DNA of 64,000 bases from Lentisphaerae bacterium GWF2_57_35 (GCA_001804865.1 MHBK01000045.1:43946-107945); one strand, 5' to 3'; positions 46,301 through 54,769 are shown, counted from the stretch's first letter. Notes: generated by a model not told the origin, from the letters alone. A program made the numbers and translations.

Positions 46301-49148
46301 CCAGTGTAAACGGCGGAGCTTCCACCTTGACGCCCCAGAACATTTCGACGGGCACTTCCGTTCGCACGTGCTCTTCGCCCATGTCCTCCAGCCAGGCGGA
46401 GATCACATAGCGCCCGCCTTCCAGGGTGGAACGATAGTCGGAGTCGTTCAGGTTCGAAGGCTGGACCGGAATCCGGGTCCACAAACTCCCCTGCCCCGGC
46501 GCCACCCAGTTGCTCTGCGAAACGCCATAGCGAATCCGCGATCCGTCCGCCCCGACCCGCTCCAAAGCCACGCGGACATTATCCCAATCCCAACTGACGG
46601 GGATATTGTATCCCACGTTCACCCCATACCAGTCGGGCGTCGGATAGACGCGCGTCGGGACGCTCCACGGTAAGTTCACGAACCAGATTTTGCCCTTGTT
46701 CGTGCTAATCAACGACTGGTCGCTTTGGGCGTCCGATGCGTAGGCATAAAGCAAAAGGAACTCGTCGCCGGCAAGGGAAACAGCCACGTCATCCCCGGCG
46801 TGATCCGTCACGATGCCGCCGCGTGTAAGATTCTCCACCCGCCGTCCGTTGAGCAGCCCGGGGGCATGCACCACCAGGTTCGTGATGAGACGATCCTTCC
46901 CGTTCATGCTCAACAGGGAGATCAAGACGCTTCCATTGGAGCAGGTGCGATAATCGGACACCACATAACGCGCAAGCGGATCGCCGGAGAGCTCGATGAC
47001 CGGCTCCATCTTGAAGGTTTGCTTAAGGGCGGCATCCAGCATCATCGTACGCACATCCCACGAATGCTCCATCCTCGGCGAATCCCCGGTTGAAGACAAC
47101 CCGTCCCCGAGGGCAAACGATGCAAAGGAAGCCCAGGCGTTACCGTGCGCTTTGACCGTCAAGGCCGGGATCGCAGTTTGAGAATTGGTTACCCCGGTGT
47201 GGGTGGCCAGCACCGTCGCATCGATATTGGTGATGCCATGCCAGATTTTCCACGTATGATAGGAAAAGTTGGTGTTGAGCAATCCGCAATTGGTTTCCAC
47301 ATTGACATAGATCCGATACACATTCGTGGGCAGGTACATGTAGCCGGTTTCGAGTCCCGGCACGGCATTGCTCACGTTCAACCCGAAGATCGAAGCCATG
47401 CAGGCATGCCAGTTGGCGTTGGAACGATAATAGCTGTCGTATTGACCGGGCAGATCGGATTCCGCCAAGACATTCACACCCTGCGCCAGCACATTAGTCT
47501 GCAAGGCTTCCAACCGATGGGGTTCCATCTGAAAATTGCGAGGCAGCAGCAGGGCTTGGGCATTGGTATAGACGCCGGCGTCAAACTGATCTTCATCGAT
47601 AATGCCCAGTTGAAAGCCCATGCGCCTGAAGGCCGCCCAGGTCATGCCAAATTCCTGATTATAGCGATTGTAGCCCAGATCGGTCTCCTTGCTCCAATAG
47701 GCTAAAATGTCGTTGGGAGGGTCCATGGAATGGGGCAACAATTTTTCGATGTGCATTTCATCCATGCGGCGATAAGCGGACAGGATGTTCCAATAAGTCT
47801 CCTTCAGCAGGCGGGTCCCATGCGTCATGCCGAAGCCTCCTTCCCGCGACAGCAAGTTGCCATAGGAAAAGTATTCCGGCCGATCGTTCCAATGGAAGAT
47901 ATGCGCACCGATAGCCCCGGACATGATCGCCTCCCACGGCAAGCTGGCTAAAGCGAACTTCTGGCGCTCGCTGGTCTCCCAGAAAAGTGCGTCGTTGTCG
48001 GACAAGCCGCACTCCGAAAGCATCACCGGCAACCCGATCGTTTCCCGGTATTTCGTCACGCCATAATCCATGGAACGCATCTCGTTGCCGGTCAAGACCC
48101 AGGGATAATTGTTGATCGTCCAGAAATCGACGGGCGTGCCGTTGCTGGCGCAGACGGATACGATGGTCTTGGCATCTTCGCAGGTGTTGTTGTCGTCAAA
48201 TCCGCTGAAAATGCCGCCCACCATCGCGTACGTCACGAGGTGATTGGTGTCCGCCGTTTTAACCGCCCCAACCCCCTCGGATAGGAACTCCGCAATGATG
48301 CGTTGCCGCCACTGCAGCACATCATAATACCCGGAACGCTGCGACTCGTGTTGATCCTGACGATTCAGGGGAAACTGGTTGGGCATGGGAATGGCGTCGA
48401 AATCGGGATAGGTCATGTCCCAGCGGCTGTTGAGTTCGCTGATGACGCCCGCATAACGGTTGCTCAGAAAGCGGTGAAACGATGGCAGGCTGTAGTTGGT
48501 GTCAAACCCGAGAAAACGATGGCTGGCATACAGGTCGGGCGGCTCCCAGAGATCGTAGAAGGCGAATTCGTTCCCGACAATCCAACCCCCAACGCATTTG
48601 AAGTCCTTATAGCGAGCGGCTATCGTCTGAACATAGGAGGCGTAGCTGGCGGCGGCTTCCGGCGAGTTGTAATTCAGCACATCGGAAATCCCCGTACTTC
48701 CAAGGTATTGATCGTAATGATACGCCATGCACGCGGGGTAGTTGGTTTTGAACCAGGAGGGCGGATACTGGTAGCCCATCAGAACAAATAACTTCATGTC
48801 CAGTTCTTCCGCGAGCGCCATCATGTAGTCGGCTTTTTCAAAATTATAGCAGCCCTCGTTGGTTTCGATCTGGCTCCAGGTCAACTCGACGCGCAGGGAG
48901 TTCACATGCATGCGCTTCATTTCGCGCAGATCGTACTCGAATTGGCTGAAAGTCTGGTTGGCATACACGGGCGGATTCCAGGATTGATAAGCCACGCCGT
49001 GCGGAATGAAATACGATTCTTTTTGAGCGTCCCAAAAGTAGCCGTCCCTTAACTCCAGACACCCGCCTCCCGCTCGCGCGAGGAGCGGCGCGCAGAAGAT
49101 AAGAGTGCAAACGAGAACTCTCAGACAGAAAACCACCCGGTTTCTCAT
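40317..49148 (-). CDS. giant (2943 aa) secreted glycoside hydrolase (clan GH-A TIM barrel, GH42/GH5-like) with two [beta-propeller repeat block + IPT/TIG] units and a thrombospondin-3-like/C-terminal beta domain
   Basis: Signal peptide MRNRVVFCLRVLVCTLIFCAPLLARA. HVNSLRVELTWSQIETNEGCYNF...FVLMGYQYPPSWF plus GWIVGNEFAF (acid/base NEF) and LSECG (nucleophile) indicate clan GH-A. Repeated GGxFTxAGGxxAxxVAxWNGxxWxxLGxG propeller blades. Two IPT/TIG domains (GGMNVTIQGLNLGSGSDITNVTLCG / GGAAVVIDGENLGNGTDITNVTFCG). The C-terminus is EADVEADADSDGLFSWQEF...YFRIRVP. Confidence 0.9.
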   Translation of the reverse strand: MRNRVVFCLRVLVCTLIFCAPLLARAGGGCLELRDGYFWDAQKESYFIPHGVAYQSWNPPVYANQTFSQFEYDLREMKRMHVNSLRVELTWSQIETNEGCYNFEKADYMMALAEELDMKLFVLMGYQYPPSWFKTNYPACMAYHYDQYLGSTGISDVLNYNSPEAAASYASYVQTIAARYKDFKCVGGWIVGNEFAFYDLWEPPDLYASHRFLGFDTNYSLPSFHRFLSNRYAGVISELNSRWDMTYPDFDAIPMPNQFPLNRQDQHESQRSGYYDVLQWRQRIIAEFLSEGVGAVKTADTNHLVTYAMVGGIFSGFDDNNTCEDAKTIVSVCASNGTPVDFWTINNYPWVLTGNEMRSMDYGVTKYRETIGLPVMLSECGLSDNDALFWETSERQKFALASLPWEAIMSGAIGAHIFHWNDRPEYFSYGNLLSREGGFGMTHGTRLLKETYWNILSAYRRMDEMHIEKLLPHSMDPPNDILAYWSKETDLGYNRYNQEFGMTWAAFRRMGFQLGIIDEDQFDAGVYTNAQALLLPRNFQMEPHRLEALQTNVLAQGVNVLAESDLPGQYDSYYRSNANWHACMASIFGLNVSNAVPGLETGYMYLPTNVYRIYVNVETNCGLLNTNFSYHTWKIWHGITNIDATVLATHTGVTNSQTAIPALTVKAHGNAWASFASFALGDGLSSTGDSPRMEHSWDVRTMMLDAALKQTFKMEPVIELSGDPLARYVVSDYRTCSNGSVLISLLSMNGKDRLITNLVVHAPGLLNGRRVENLTRGGIVTDHAGDDVAVSLAGDEFLLLYAYASDAQSDQSLISTNKGKIWFVNLPWSVPTRVYPTPDWYGVNVGYNIPVSWDWDNVRVALERVGADGSRIRYGVSQSNWVAPGQGSLWTRIPVQPSNLNDSDYRSTLEGGRYVISAWLEDMGEEHVRTEVPVEMFWGVKVEAPPFTLAPNTTYEIPVTWEDVPSYLPEEGPCPLNREHQWPPSEDDVVQQSYRIVLDLLDVHTNLLLTTNWVTRSGSGMHMFSITTPAEMPTNAWWRSLLVAEPITSDLIDSFEDRVPGNIKPSYINDAPMLVWLWDSVDKPYWWDEGIGLEPRTHGRQSQFLYLCTRSYFTYSGHTYHWALDRAEDFSSLALRSNIWFSFDLCIQKTNGTGGLTCPVELAVCTGLDGVTLRPTSYTNNGAFQHFSFRLSQFNTPPSWPKVAAHWNLIDGLSINVSHTLFNMPYVFFLDNVRLTGTLARAGTGGMTNAIYMGNGDLLPSPNPDRPPALYVETEAGVDVPYGAPAQTNFGTDAGLVLKGESRTNRFLLKADAARTVYMGTSWVEGPGQSSFSFGGIPEGPMSHDISSNIAVVFTGAQVGRRDAWLTIPCEGTNFILNLSCRVYDLSARAGPAVGGGLLTLTNLALGGASTVTNVWVGGISAAIVGQGDDWLSIVLPAHEAGWVDIVLQTEGTSELVLDRVYEYKPSGVIGWSGYEPYGWTNLGVGVSGSAHSVVALARTPDGVIYAGGGFYYADGTRVDHITRWNGTAWTNVGSGMNGSVSALLATTGGLLYVGGSFTTAGGKSANYIACWNGSTWTNLGTGLNSYASALALSSNGELYASGGFTTAGGMPATRVAMWNGTVWTNLGSGLNAPVNSLAWGSDGMLYAAGSFTSAGGGAASRVAYWDGAAWHALGSGVNNTVYDIMCGTNGVLAIGGIFTTVSGYAARWTGSAWGGMSVGMNNYVNTLLEHPNGLIYAGGSFTTADSAPAAGMASWNGTNWMGLGSGVRGGSVSALLATGDRELLVGGNFGTAGVVSASGIAKWASAQVVNLGVHPASVMTLGGMNVTIQGLNLGSGSDITNVTLCGISATGILSQCSTQVVVQANAGPAGLGDVVVYSTTYGNTVKSNAFAYYAPRILVLGTNSLIVLPSGEPALPAAGTDFGEVQVGSSATSILFVTNIESNDLHMTGVSTSGAAAARFCISGWPATVAPGETDAFSVVFSPVAGGAQSAVVSLLNDFTNYTVNLAGWGRFDLSVSAGPEAGGNSLIVTNLVLPGGDAITNVVIGGQNAAIQASGENWVEFSVPGHDPGAVDVVVQSVLQGNTLLEDAYTYNPNGTIGRTDYGPYAWTNMMGINSTVYSFTIDPVDGSLYAGSYSGSGVMRWMGTSWTNACPGLSLLNAIASVGGGVLYAGGGFTTGMGFLTDYIACWTGGAWTAMGSGMNASVAALAVDSNGHVYAGGAFTTAGGMPANRVAFWNGAVWTNLGAGLGATVLALALDTNGGLYAAGDFTNAGSQAANRVAYWNGSSWTNLGSGLSSTAYALALGQRGELYVGGSFSFAGGSTVNRLAKWNGTSWSSVGGGMGSTVYALKTAGKDGLYAGGAFYAAGGVVVSCVAYWNGSSWSGLGQGLTKLSSPVVRALEFGPDGQVFAGGDFTQSGLIAMTNSARWSPAWVQYRFGVNPTNGPVEGGAAVVIDGENLGNGTDITNVTFCGAPVASVISQCSTQVVVQTAAGSVGLGDVRVYSAGYGETVKSNAYRYRSSATVYLDNLVQLYNRYPRYVTATTDPSGLNVGFTYNGQTNVPVEAGVYVVTGAVTELDSMGMAASTLIVQRAEQAIAFPTPGNQVVTNTVRLAASADSNFKIDYTIESGPASIEDTTLLSFTQRGYVSIAAAQTGNENWFPAPTITNLFRVYGLYTVSVESCYGSSELSTGAHLLVEETLVTHRVTTPDTRGATQFVSCGWVMTGHDPASGSATEFTMAVTNDAMLAWLWTTNFWLATGAGAQGAVNVPSGWQPAGVTTSIAALADAYCHFVQWTGDVSGSVNPLELWMDSPKSIGASFTANLTTNHGIPEAWLARYGLTNFEADVEADADSDGLFSWQEFRVDTNPTNATSCLRLGQIRTESSAGLIYWQGGTGVLQYLERNEDLEGAWRVICTNAPPTPVDNVVTLGVEAVEGYFRIRVP

Positions 49149-49462
49149 GCAAACCTCCCAGAGGACTAATACATACTAACTCAACCGTCCAAAGCCTGTT
49201 TTGAACCGAGGAAATCGTCCTTATGCTCCTCAACGAACAGAGATACACCAAATGACCACACGTTAATAGAGAACCGGACGCTGTTTTCCCCTACCACAAT
49301 CTTGATTACACTTATAAGACTAGTATGCATATAGTATGCATGTCAAGACTTCTTTATCTCAGAGGGTTTGAAGGCATTTTGGTGCATGGCGGGAAGCCTC
49401 TTATTGAAGGGTTGCGACGAAGTTTAGATGACGACCAAGCCCCGAGAGTCTATCATCCGGTT

Positions 49463-50653
49463 ATGATTAGCGTACAAGAAGCCGAAAGAATCGTCGCTCA
49501 ACACAGCCCCAGCTCGCCTCCCGTCCCCTGCCCTTTGGCCAAAGCACAGGGACGAATTTTGCGCGAAGAGATTCATGCCGACCGGGATCAACCGCCTTTT
49601 CATCGGGTCATGATGGACGGCATCGCTATTTCCCCTCATGCGCGCGAAAGCGGGCAAACTTCGTTCCTCATCGAATCCACGCATGCGGCCGGGGCGCCGC
49701 CCCTTCGGTTAAACGATCCAACCGCTTGCATCCAAGTCATGACCGGAGCGACCCTTCCCGAGGGCTGCGATGGCGTGATCCCTTACGAAGACCTTTCGAT
49801 CCGGGGCCAGCAGGCCGAACTGAACCCGGGGCTGGTTTTAAAGCCCATGCAGTGGGTTCACGTCCAAGGCGCCGACCGCAAAAAGAACGAACGACTGCTC
49901 GCTCCCGGCATGAGATTGCTTTCTCCGCAAATCGCCATTCTTGCCTCGACCGGCCGCACGGAAGTGCGCGTTGGAGCCATCCCGTCGATCGCCATCGTTT
50001 CAACGGGAAACGAATTGGTCGATATCGGACAGGAGCTTGAGCCCTATCAAATCCGGCCTTCGAACGCGTATGGCTTTCACGCCGCCTTGAACCGCGCGGG
50101 ATTTGACCGCGTTGACCTTTCCCACGCGCGCGACGACCGCTCCGCCATCCGGCAATGCGTCGAGCAAGCGCTGAGCGCCCACGACGTGTTGATTCTGTCC
50201 GGCGGCGTATCGATGGGCAAACTCGACTTTGTGCCGGAGGTCCTGGAACAACTATCCGTGGTTCCGCTGTTTCATAAAATCCGGCAACGGCCGGGAAAAC
50301 CCTTCTGGTTCGGCGTCGCCCCCGGCGGAAAACAAGTCTTTGCCTTGCCGGGAAACCCTCTCTCCAGCCTGATTTGTTTTCATCGATATGTTTTGCCCAG
50401 TCTTTTCCAATCCATGGGCGAACCGATGCGGCGTCACGAACAGGTTCTTCTCGGCGAAGGGATCGGCGCGACGGGAACATCGACCCTGTTTATTCCGGTA
50501 ACCCTGAAGCAAGGAATCGAAGCCATCCCCATTTCCCATCATGGATCGGGCGACTTGTCGGCGCTCGCCGAAAGCACCGGATTCGTCGAATTGCCGGAAG
50601 GCCCTTTGCATTTTGAAAAAGGAACGGCGGTGGGGTATCATCGCTGGAACTGA
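49463..50653 (+). CDS. moeA: molybdopterin molybdenumtransferase MoeA
   Basis: MISVQEAERIV...PPFHRVMMDGIAI...LILSGGVSMGKLDFV are the MoeA N-terminal and MoCF-binding signatures. Typical ~396-aa length from ATG 49463. The ORF-track start at 49325 would add an atypical 46-aa extension. Confidence 0.9.
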   Translation: MISVQEAERIVAQHSPSSPPVPCPLAKAQGRILREEIHADRDQPPFHRVMMDGIAISPHARESGQTSFLIESTHAAGAPPLRLNDPTACIQVMTGATLPEGCDGVIPYEDLSIRGQQAELNPGLVLKPMQWVHVQGADRKKNERLLAPGMRLLSPQIAILASTGRTEVRVGAIPSIAIVSTGNELVDIGQELEPYQIRPSNAYGFHAALNRAGFDRVDLSHARDDRSAIRQCVEQALSAHDVLILSGGVSMGKLDFVPEVLEQLSVVPLFHKIRQRPGKPFWFGVAPGGKQVFALPGNPLSSLICFHRYVLPSLFQSMGEPMRRHEQVLLGEGIGATGTSTLFIPVTLKQGIEAIPISHHGSGDLSALAESTGFVELPEGPLHFEKGTAVGYHRWN

Positions 50654-50654
50654 T

Positions 50655-51119
50655 ATGTTATCGCACATAAGAAAAAATCGACCGGTCATGGTGAATGTCG
50701 GAAACAAAGAGGCGACCCATCGCATCGCCTGCGCCCAAGCCATTGTCCGGCTCCCGGAACCCGTTGCCCGCGCGGTCCGAAAAGGCGACATCGCCGGCCC
50801 CAAAGGCCCGATTCTGCAAACGGCCCGGCTCGCAGGCATCATGGCCGCCAAACAAACGTCCTCCTTGATCCCCTTGTGTCACCCCCTGGCGCTCGAAGAT
50901 TGCCGGATCGAGATTCGCTTCCCAAAGCGCAACGAGCTTCACATCGAGTGCACCGTCGAAACCCACCATAAGACAGGCGTTGAAATGGAGGCCCTGACGG
51001 GCGCCTCGGTGGCCGCCCTGACCGTTTACGACATGTGCAAAGCCCTTTCTCACCGCATCGTCATCCGCGAGATCCGGCTTCTGAAGAAAACGGGAGGCCG
51101 GCATGACTTCAACGGATGA
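50655..51119 (+). CDS. moaC: cyclic pyranopterin monophosphate synthase MoaC
   Basis: ...SSLIPLCHPLAL...GVEMEALTGASVAALTVYDMCKA... is the MoaC signature. The ATG lies 1 nt after the moeA stop. Confidence 0.9.
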   Translation: MLSHIRKNRPVMVNVGNKEATHRIACAQAIVRLPEPVARAVRKGDIAGPKGPILQTARLAGIMAAKQTSSLIPLCHPLALEDCRIEIRFPKRNELHIECTVETHHKTGVEMEALTGASVAALTVYDMCKALSHRIVIREIRLLKKTGGRHDFNG

Positions 51120-51747
51120 ATCGGCGCCCCTCTACGGCTTGGTGCTGACCGGCGGCAAAAGCAGCCGGATGAAAACCGACAAGGCGGCCCTGCGCTATAA
51201 TGGCCAAGCCCAATCGGCCCGCGCGTTCGAACTGCTGGCAAAGGTTTGCGCCAAAGTCTATCTATCGAATCGCGCCGACCAATCGGAGGCGCCGGGACAT
51301 GCGAGCTTCCCGCAAATTCACGATCTCTTCGCGAACTTCGGTCCCGTCGGAGGAATTTTATCGGCGCTGAAAACCCATCCGGCTCACGCCTGGCTGGTAA
51401 CGGCCTGCGATTTGCCGTTTCTGGATGAGGCTACGCTTCTTCAATTAATCCGGCATCGCGATCCCCGCCGCATGGCCACCGCTTTTCTCAGCGCACACGA
51501 CGGCAAGCCCGAACCCTTATGCGCGATTTATGAACCGCACAGCATGGCCCGCCTGCTGGACTTTACAACCCGCGACGTGTATTGTCCCCGCAAGATGCTC
51601 ATGCAGTCGGATGCGCATCTTCTCCCATTGGAAAACCCGCAAGCGCTGGATAACGTGAATTTCCCGGAAGAGTACGAACAGGCGCAACGTCGGGCGGAAA
51701 GCACAACGCCATCGGACGGCAGGAATAATGAGGTAAGAAATGGCTGA
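51103..51747 (+). CDS. mobA: molybdenum cofactor guanylyltransferase MobA
   Basis: YGLVLTGGKSSRMKTDKA is the MobA nucleotide-binding motif. GGGAGG SD lies 5 nt upstream. It overlaps the moaC 3' end by 17 nt. Confidence 0.85.
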   Translation: MTSTDESAPLYGLVLTGGKSSRMKTDKAALRYNGQAQSARAFELLAKVCAKVYLSNRADQSEAPGHASFPQIHDLFANFGPVGGILSALKTHPAHAWLVTACDLPFLDEATLLQLIRHRDPRRMATAFLSAHDGKPEPLCAIYEPHSMARLLDFTTRDVYCPRKMLMQSDAHLLPLENPQALDNVNFPEEYEQAQRRAESTTPSDGRNNEVRNG

Positions 51748-51988
51748 AAAGAATATTCAAGTCCGGTATTTCGCGATGATGGGCGAAAAGCGAGGCTGCC
51801 AAACGGAAAACCTGAAAACCGCCGTGCACACGCCCGAGGAGCTTTTTAACGAGCTGCGCGAGCGGCATGGCTTCAAATTTACCACCCATGTCGTCAAAGT
51901 AGCCATCAATGACCGGTTCGAAGACTGGCATACGCCCTTGAAAGAGGGCGACACGGTGGCGTTTCTCCCCCCCTTCTCAGGAGGTTGA
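51740..51988 (+). CDS. moaD: molybdopterin synthase sulfur-carrier subunit MoaD
   Basis: 82 aa with a ThiS/MoaD fold-like sequence ending in ...PPFSGG (C-terminal Gly-Gly). A GAGGTAAG SD is present. Confidence 0.85.
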   Translation: MAEKNIQVRYFAMMGEKRGCQTENLKTAVHTPEELFNELRERHGFKFTTHVVKVAINDRFEDWHTPLKEGDTVAFLPPFSGG

Positions 51989-51990
51989 TC

Positions 51991-52407
51991 GTGTTGATGT
52001 TCAGCCCCCACCCTCTCGAGCTGTCCGGCCTGCACCGCGCCTTGAGCGTCAAGGAAGCGGGGGCGCTGGTTTGTTTCGAAGGCCGGGTGCGTTCCACAAG
52101 CCCGCATGGCGAAGTCGTTTCCATCGATTACGAAGCGTACGAGGAGCTCAGCGTACGCGAATTCGAGCGAATCGAACAGGAAACCCGCGCACAATTTGGC
52201 ATCCTGGATATTCGATGCGTTCACCGGACCGGAACCGTTTCGTCCGGAGAACCCGCCGTCTGGGCCGGCGTACTGGCGATTCACCGGCGCGAGGCCTTCC
52301 AAGCGTGCGAGCATATCGTCAACGAATTGAAAGCTCGCCTTCCCATTTGGAAAAAAGAGATCTACGCGGATGGAAATAGTCGCTGGATCGACTATTCCCA
52401 GGGTTGA
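51991..52407 (+). CDS. moaE: molybdopterin synthase catalytic subunit MoaE
   Basis: ...VCFEGRVRS...AIHRREAFQACEHIVNELKARLPIWKKEIY is the MoaE signature. The ORF is open from TTG 51985, which overlaps the moaD stop as TTGA. GTG 51991 has GGAGG 6 nt upstream and is preferred. Confidence 0.8.
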   Translation: MLMFSPHPLELSGLHRALSVKEAGALVCFEGRVRSTSPHGEVVSIDYEAYEELSVREFERIEQETRAQFGILDIRCVHRTGTVSSGEPAVWAGVLAIHRREAFQACEHIVNELKARLPIWKKEIYADGNSRWIDYSQG

Positions 52408-52470
52408 ACTTCCCGGCAGAGGCGTTTATCTTCCCTGCCTTCAATGGCCCTTAACGGAGAATGATTTTTT

Positions 52471-53379
52471 ATGAAGATTGCCATTAGCGGCGCAGGCGGA
52501 TTCATTGGGAGCACCTTGACCCGCGCGCTTTCCGTCCCCGAAAACCAAGTCCTGCGCATCGTCCGAACCAACGCCGAGACCTCGGCTTCGGAATTGCGTT
52601 GGAATCCGGCCACCGGGACCATCGATCGCAAGCACATGGAAGGGATCGATGCCGTGGTCCATCTCGCCGGCGAAAACATAGTCGGACGCTGGACCCAGGA
52701 TAAAAAAAACCGCATCCGGGACAGCCGGGTGCTGGGCACGCGCTTGCTGGTCGAAACCCTCGCCGGCCTGACTCATCCGCCCAAGGCATTAATCTGCGCC
52801 TCGGCAACAGGCTATTACGGCGACAGGCGGGACGAAGTTCTCACGGAGAAAAGCTCTTCCGGCCGGGGGTTTCTGGCGGAAGTTTGCTCCGAATGGGAGG
52901 AAGCCACCACCCTCGCCAGTGCCGCGGGAATCCGCGTGGTTATGCTGCGGTTTGGGCTGGTCCTGAGCGGCCGCGGAGGAGGGTTGCCCCGCATGTTGCT
53001 TCCGTTCCGGCTGGGCCTGGGAGGCCCCATTGGAGGCGGGCAACAATACGTCAGCTGGATCACCCTCGTCGATGCCGTGCACGCCACCCAATTCGCCCTG
53101 GAGCAGGAAACGCTTTCCGGCCCCGTCAATGTCGTGGCGCCCCAATCCGTGACGCAGCGCGAATTTGCCCGGACGCTCGGCAATGTGCTCTCACGACCCG
53201 CCTTCTTGCCCATTCCCGCCTTTATCGTCCGGGGTCTTCTGGGCGACATGGGGCAGGAAGTATTGCTCAACAGCGCCCGGGTAGCGCCCAACAAACTGAC
53301 GGATGCCGGATTCCAATACGAACATCCGGTCATCGAGAATGCCCTGCAAGCTTGTTGCCAGCGCCCCAGCAGGACTTAG
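52471..53379 (+). CDS. YfcH-like NAD-dependent epimerase family protein (TIGR01777; SDR fold plus DUF1731)
   Basis: MKIAISGAGGFIGSTL Rossmann motif, ...VVHLAGENI..., and a DUF1731-like C-terminus (QYVSWITLVDAV...). Confidence 0.85.
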   Translation: MKIAISGAGGFIGSTLTRALSVPENQVLRIVRTNAETSASELRWNPATGTIDRKHMEGIDAVVHLAGENIVGRWTQDKKNRIRDSRVLGTRLLVETLAGLTHPPKALICASATGYYGDRRDEVLTEKSSSGRGFLAEVCSEWEEATTLASAAGIRVVMLRFGLVLSGRGGGLPRMLLPFRLGLGGPIGGGQQYVSWITLVDAVHATQFALEQETLSGPVNVVAPQSVTQREFARTLGNVLSRPAFLPIPAFIVRGLLGDMGQEVLLNSARVAPNKLTDAGFQYEHPVIENALQACCQRPSRT

Positions 53380-53497
53380 AACTTCCCCATGTCTGCACAT
53401 TTTTTACAAGATCGAATCGAAAAAGCTGGTTAACCTTTTGTAGTTTGGGTATTACGTCCTCGTTGTTGTGTAATGATCGTTAACAAGGATTCCTCGT

Positions 53498-54106
53498 ATG
53501 ACCAAAAGCTGGACCGCCCTCCTCCATTTGCCGGTATGGGTGCTTATTGGAGCTTGCACCTTCATGGGTTGCGAAACACTTGAAAATGACCCGGCGGATG
53601 CGGATGCCGCGGGAACGGATCAAACCGGCGCAAAAACCGACCCCCAGACGACCACGCCGTCCAACACCACCACGCCAACAACGCCGTCCACCGCTCCGAC
53701 CAACACCACCAGCTTGACCGCCGGCCGCCAAGTCTCCGGCAGCACGGCGGACAAAAGCAGAGAAAGCGACAACCGGGACAACGAAACGATGTGGATGGGC
53801 GGACCATCCAAGATGAACGTGCGCTGCCTGGCCAACGACGAAAAAACCAAGGGGATGGGCGGCGACTATTTTTGCAGCGAAGTGGTAACCGAAACGGAAT
53901 CTCTGGTCATGTTCGTCAATACAGACGGAACGATCACCGCCATCGCCAACGACTTCGTCTCGCCGCGCTCGGGATTGGTTTACAAGTTCAAAGGCTATAC
54001 CGCGGTCAAAAGCGCAAGCGGCTTGATCACAAAGAATCCATACACCGTCTCCAAAAGCGAACAAGCAGGCGTCTTTCGCGCGTATTGGAATACCTATCAG
54101 CGGTGA
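53498..54106 (+). CDS. lipoprotein with Thr/Pro-rich linker, function unknown
   Basis: Signal plus LIGAC lipobox, a TTTPSNTTTPTTPSTAPTNTT linker, and a ~100-aa C-terminal domain. Confidence 0.55.
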   Translation: MTKSWTALLHLPVWVLIGACTFMGCETLENDPADADAAGTDQTGAKTDPQTTTPSNTTTPTTPSTAPTNTTSLTAGRQVSGSTADKSRESDNRDNETMWMGGPSKMNVRCLANDEKTKGMGGDYFCSEVVTETESLVMFVNTDGTITAIANDFVSPRSGLVYKFKGYTAVKSASGLITKNPYTVSKSEQAGVFRAYWNTYQR

Positions 54107-54163
54107 GGCGCCAGAGGTTGACGCCCGGCGATCGGATCGGTCCATCGGTCGGAAGCAACCCTC

Positions 54164-54769
54164 CTACTCGATCACGATATCGTCGAGATAGAACGAGAAC
54201 GGCTTGCCTGTACCCGCGAACGATATGCAAAGAGGCGTGACGATCCGACTGAGATTCTTGCCGGCCAGTGGGATAGAGAAATGCCTCCAAATCTTGCTCA
54301 ACCGGATGTGGCCCAAGACAGCCTGGGTGCTGTCGGAATAGAGTTTGTCTTTAAGAATGCCAAACTTGACTTCAATCCGTTCGGTTCCCGCGGCGCCCCG
54401 CGCCCAGAAACTGAGCTGACGAGCTCCATACAGATGGTAACCGCCCTCTTCCGTCCCCCAGTTGTTCGGAGGATGCTGCCAGACGATCCCCCCCCAATCT
54501 TTCGCATCGCTGAAGGTGATTTTCATGCAAACCTCGCCGCTATGCGGCAGGTCTTTCGAGACATCGTCCAGTTCGATCGCATCGAATTTGCCCATCCAAC
54601 CCGAAGGCGCATACGGCGGCACGTTGGTGGAATTTTCGGCCCCATAGATGACGACAGGAACCGTGAGCATCGGGGCCGGGTTGATGTCTTCGGCCAAGAC
54701 CGAGAACGACGCGACGACTGCCAGCAGACCGTACACGCCCGCAAGAATAAACCGATGGCTGGTTTTCAT
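54164..54769 (-). CDS. secreted CBM-like (galactose-binding-like) protein, paralog A of a tandem pair
   Basis: Start taken at the internal ATG 54769 (MKTSHRFILAGVYGLLAVVASFSVLA signal). ...CMKITFSDAKDWGGIVWQHPPNNWGTEEGG...SFWARGAAGTERIEVKFG is paralogous to the neighbouring gene. Confidence 0.6.
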   Translation of the reverse strand: MKTSHRFILAGVYGLLAVVASFSVLAEDINPAPMLTVPVVIYGAENSTNVPPYAPSGWMGKFDAIELDDVSKDLPHSGEVCMKITFSDAKDWGGIVWQHPPNNWGTEEGGYHLYGARQLSFWARGAAGTERIEVKFGILKDKLYSDSTQAVLGHIRLSKIWRHFSIPLAGKNLSRIVTPLCISFAGTGKPFSFYLDDIVIE

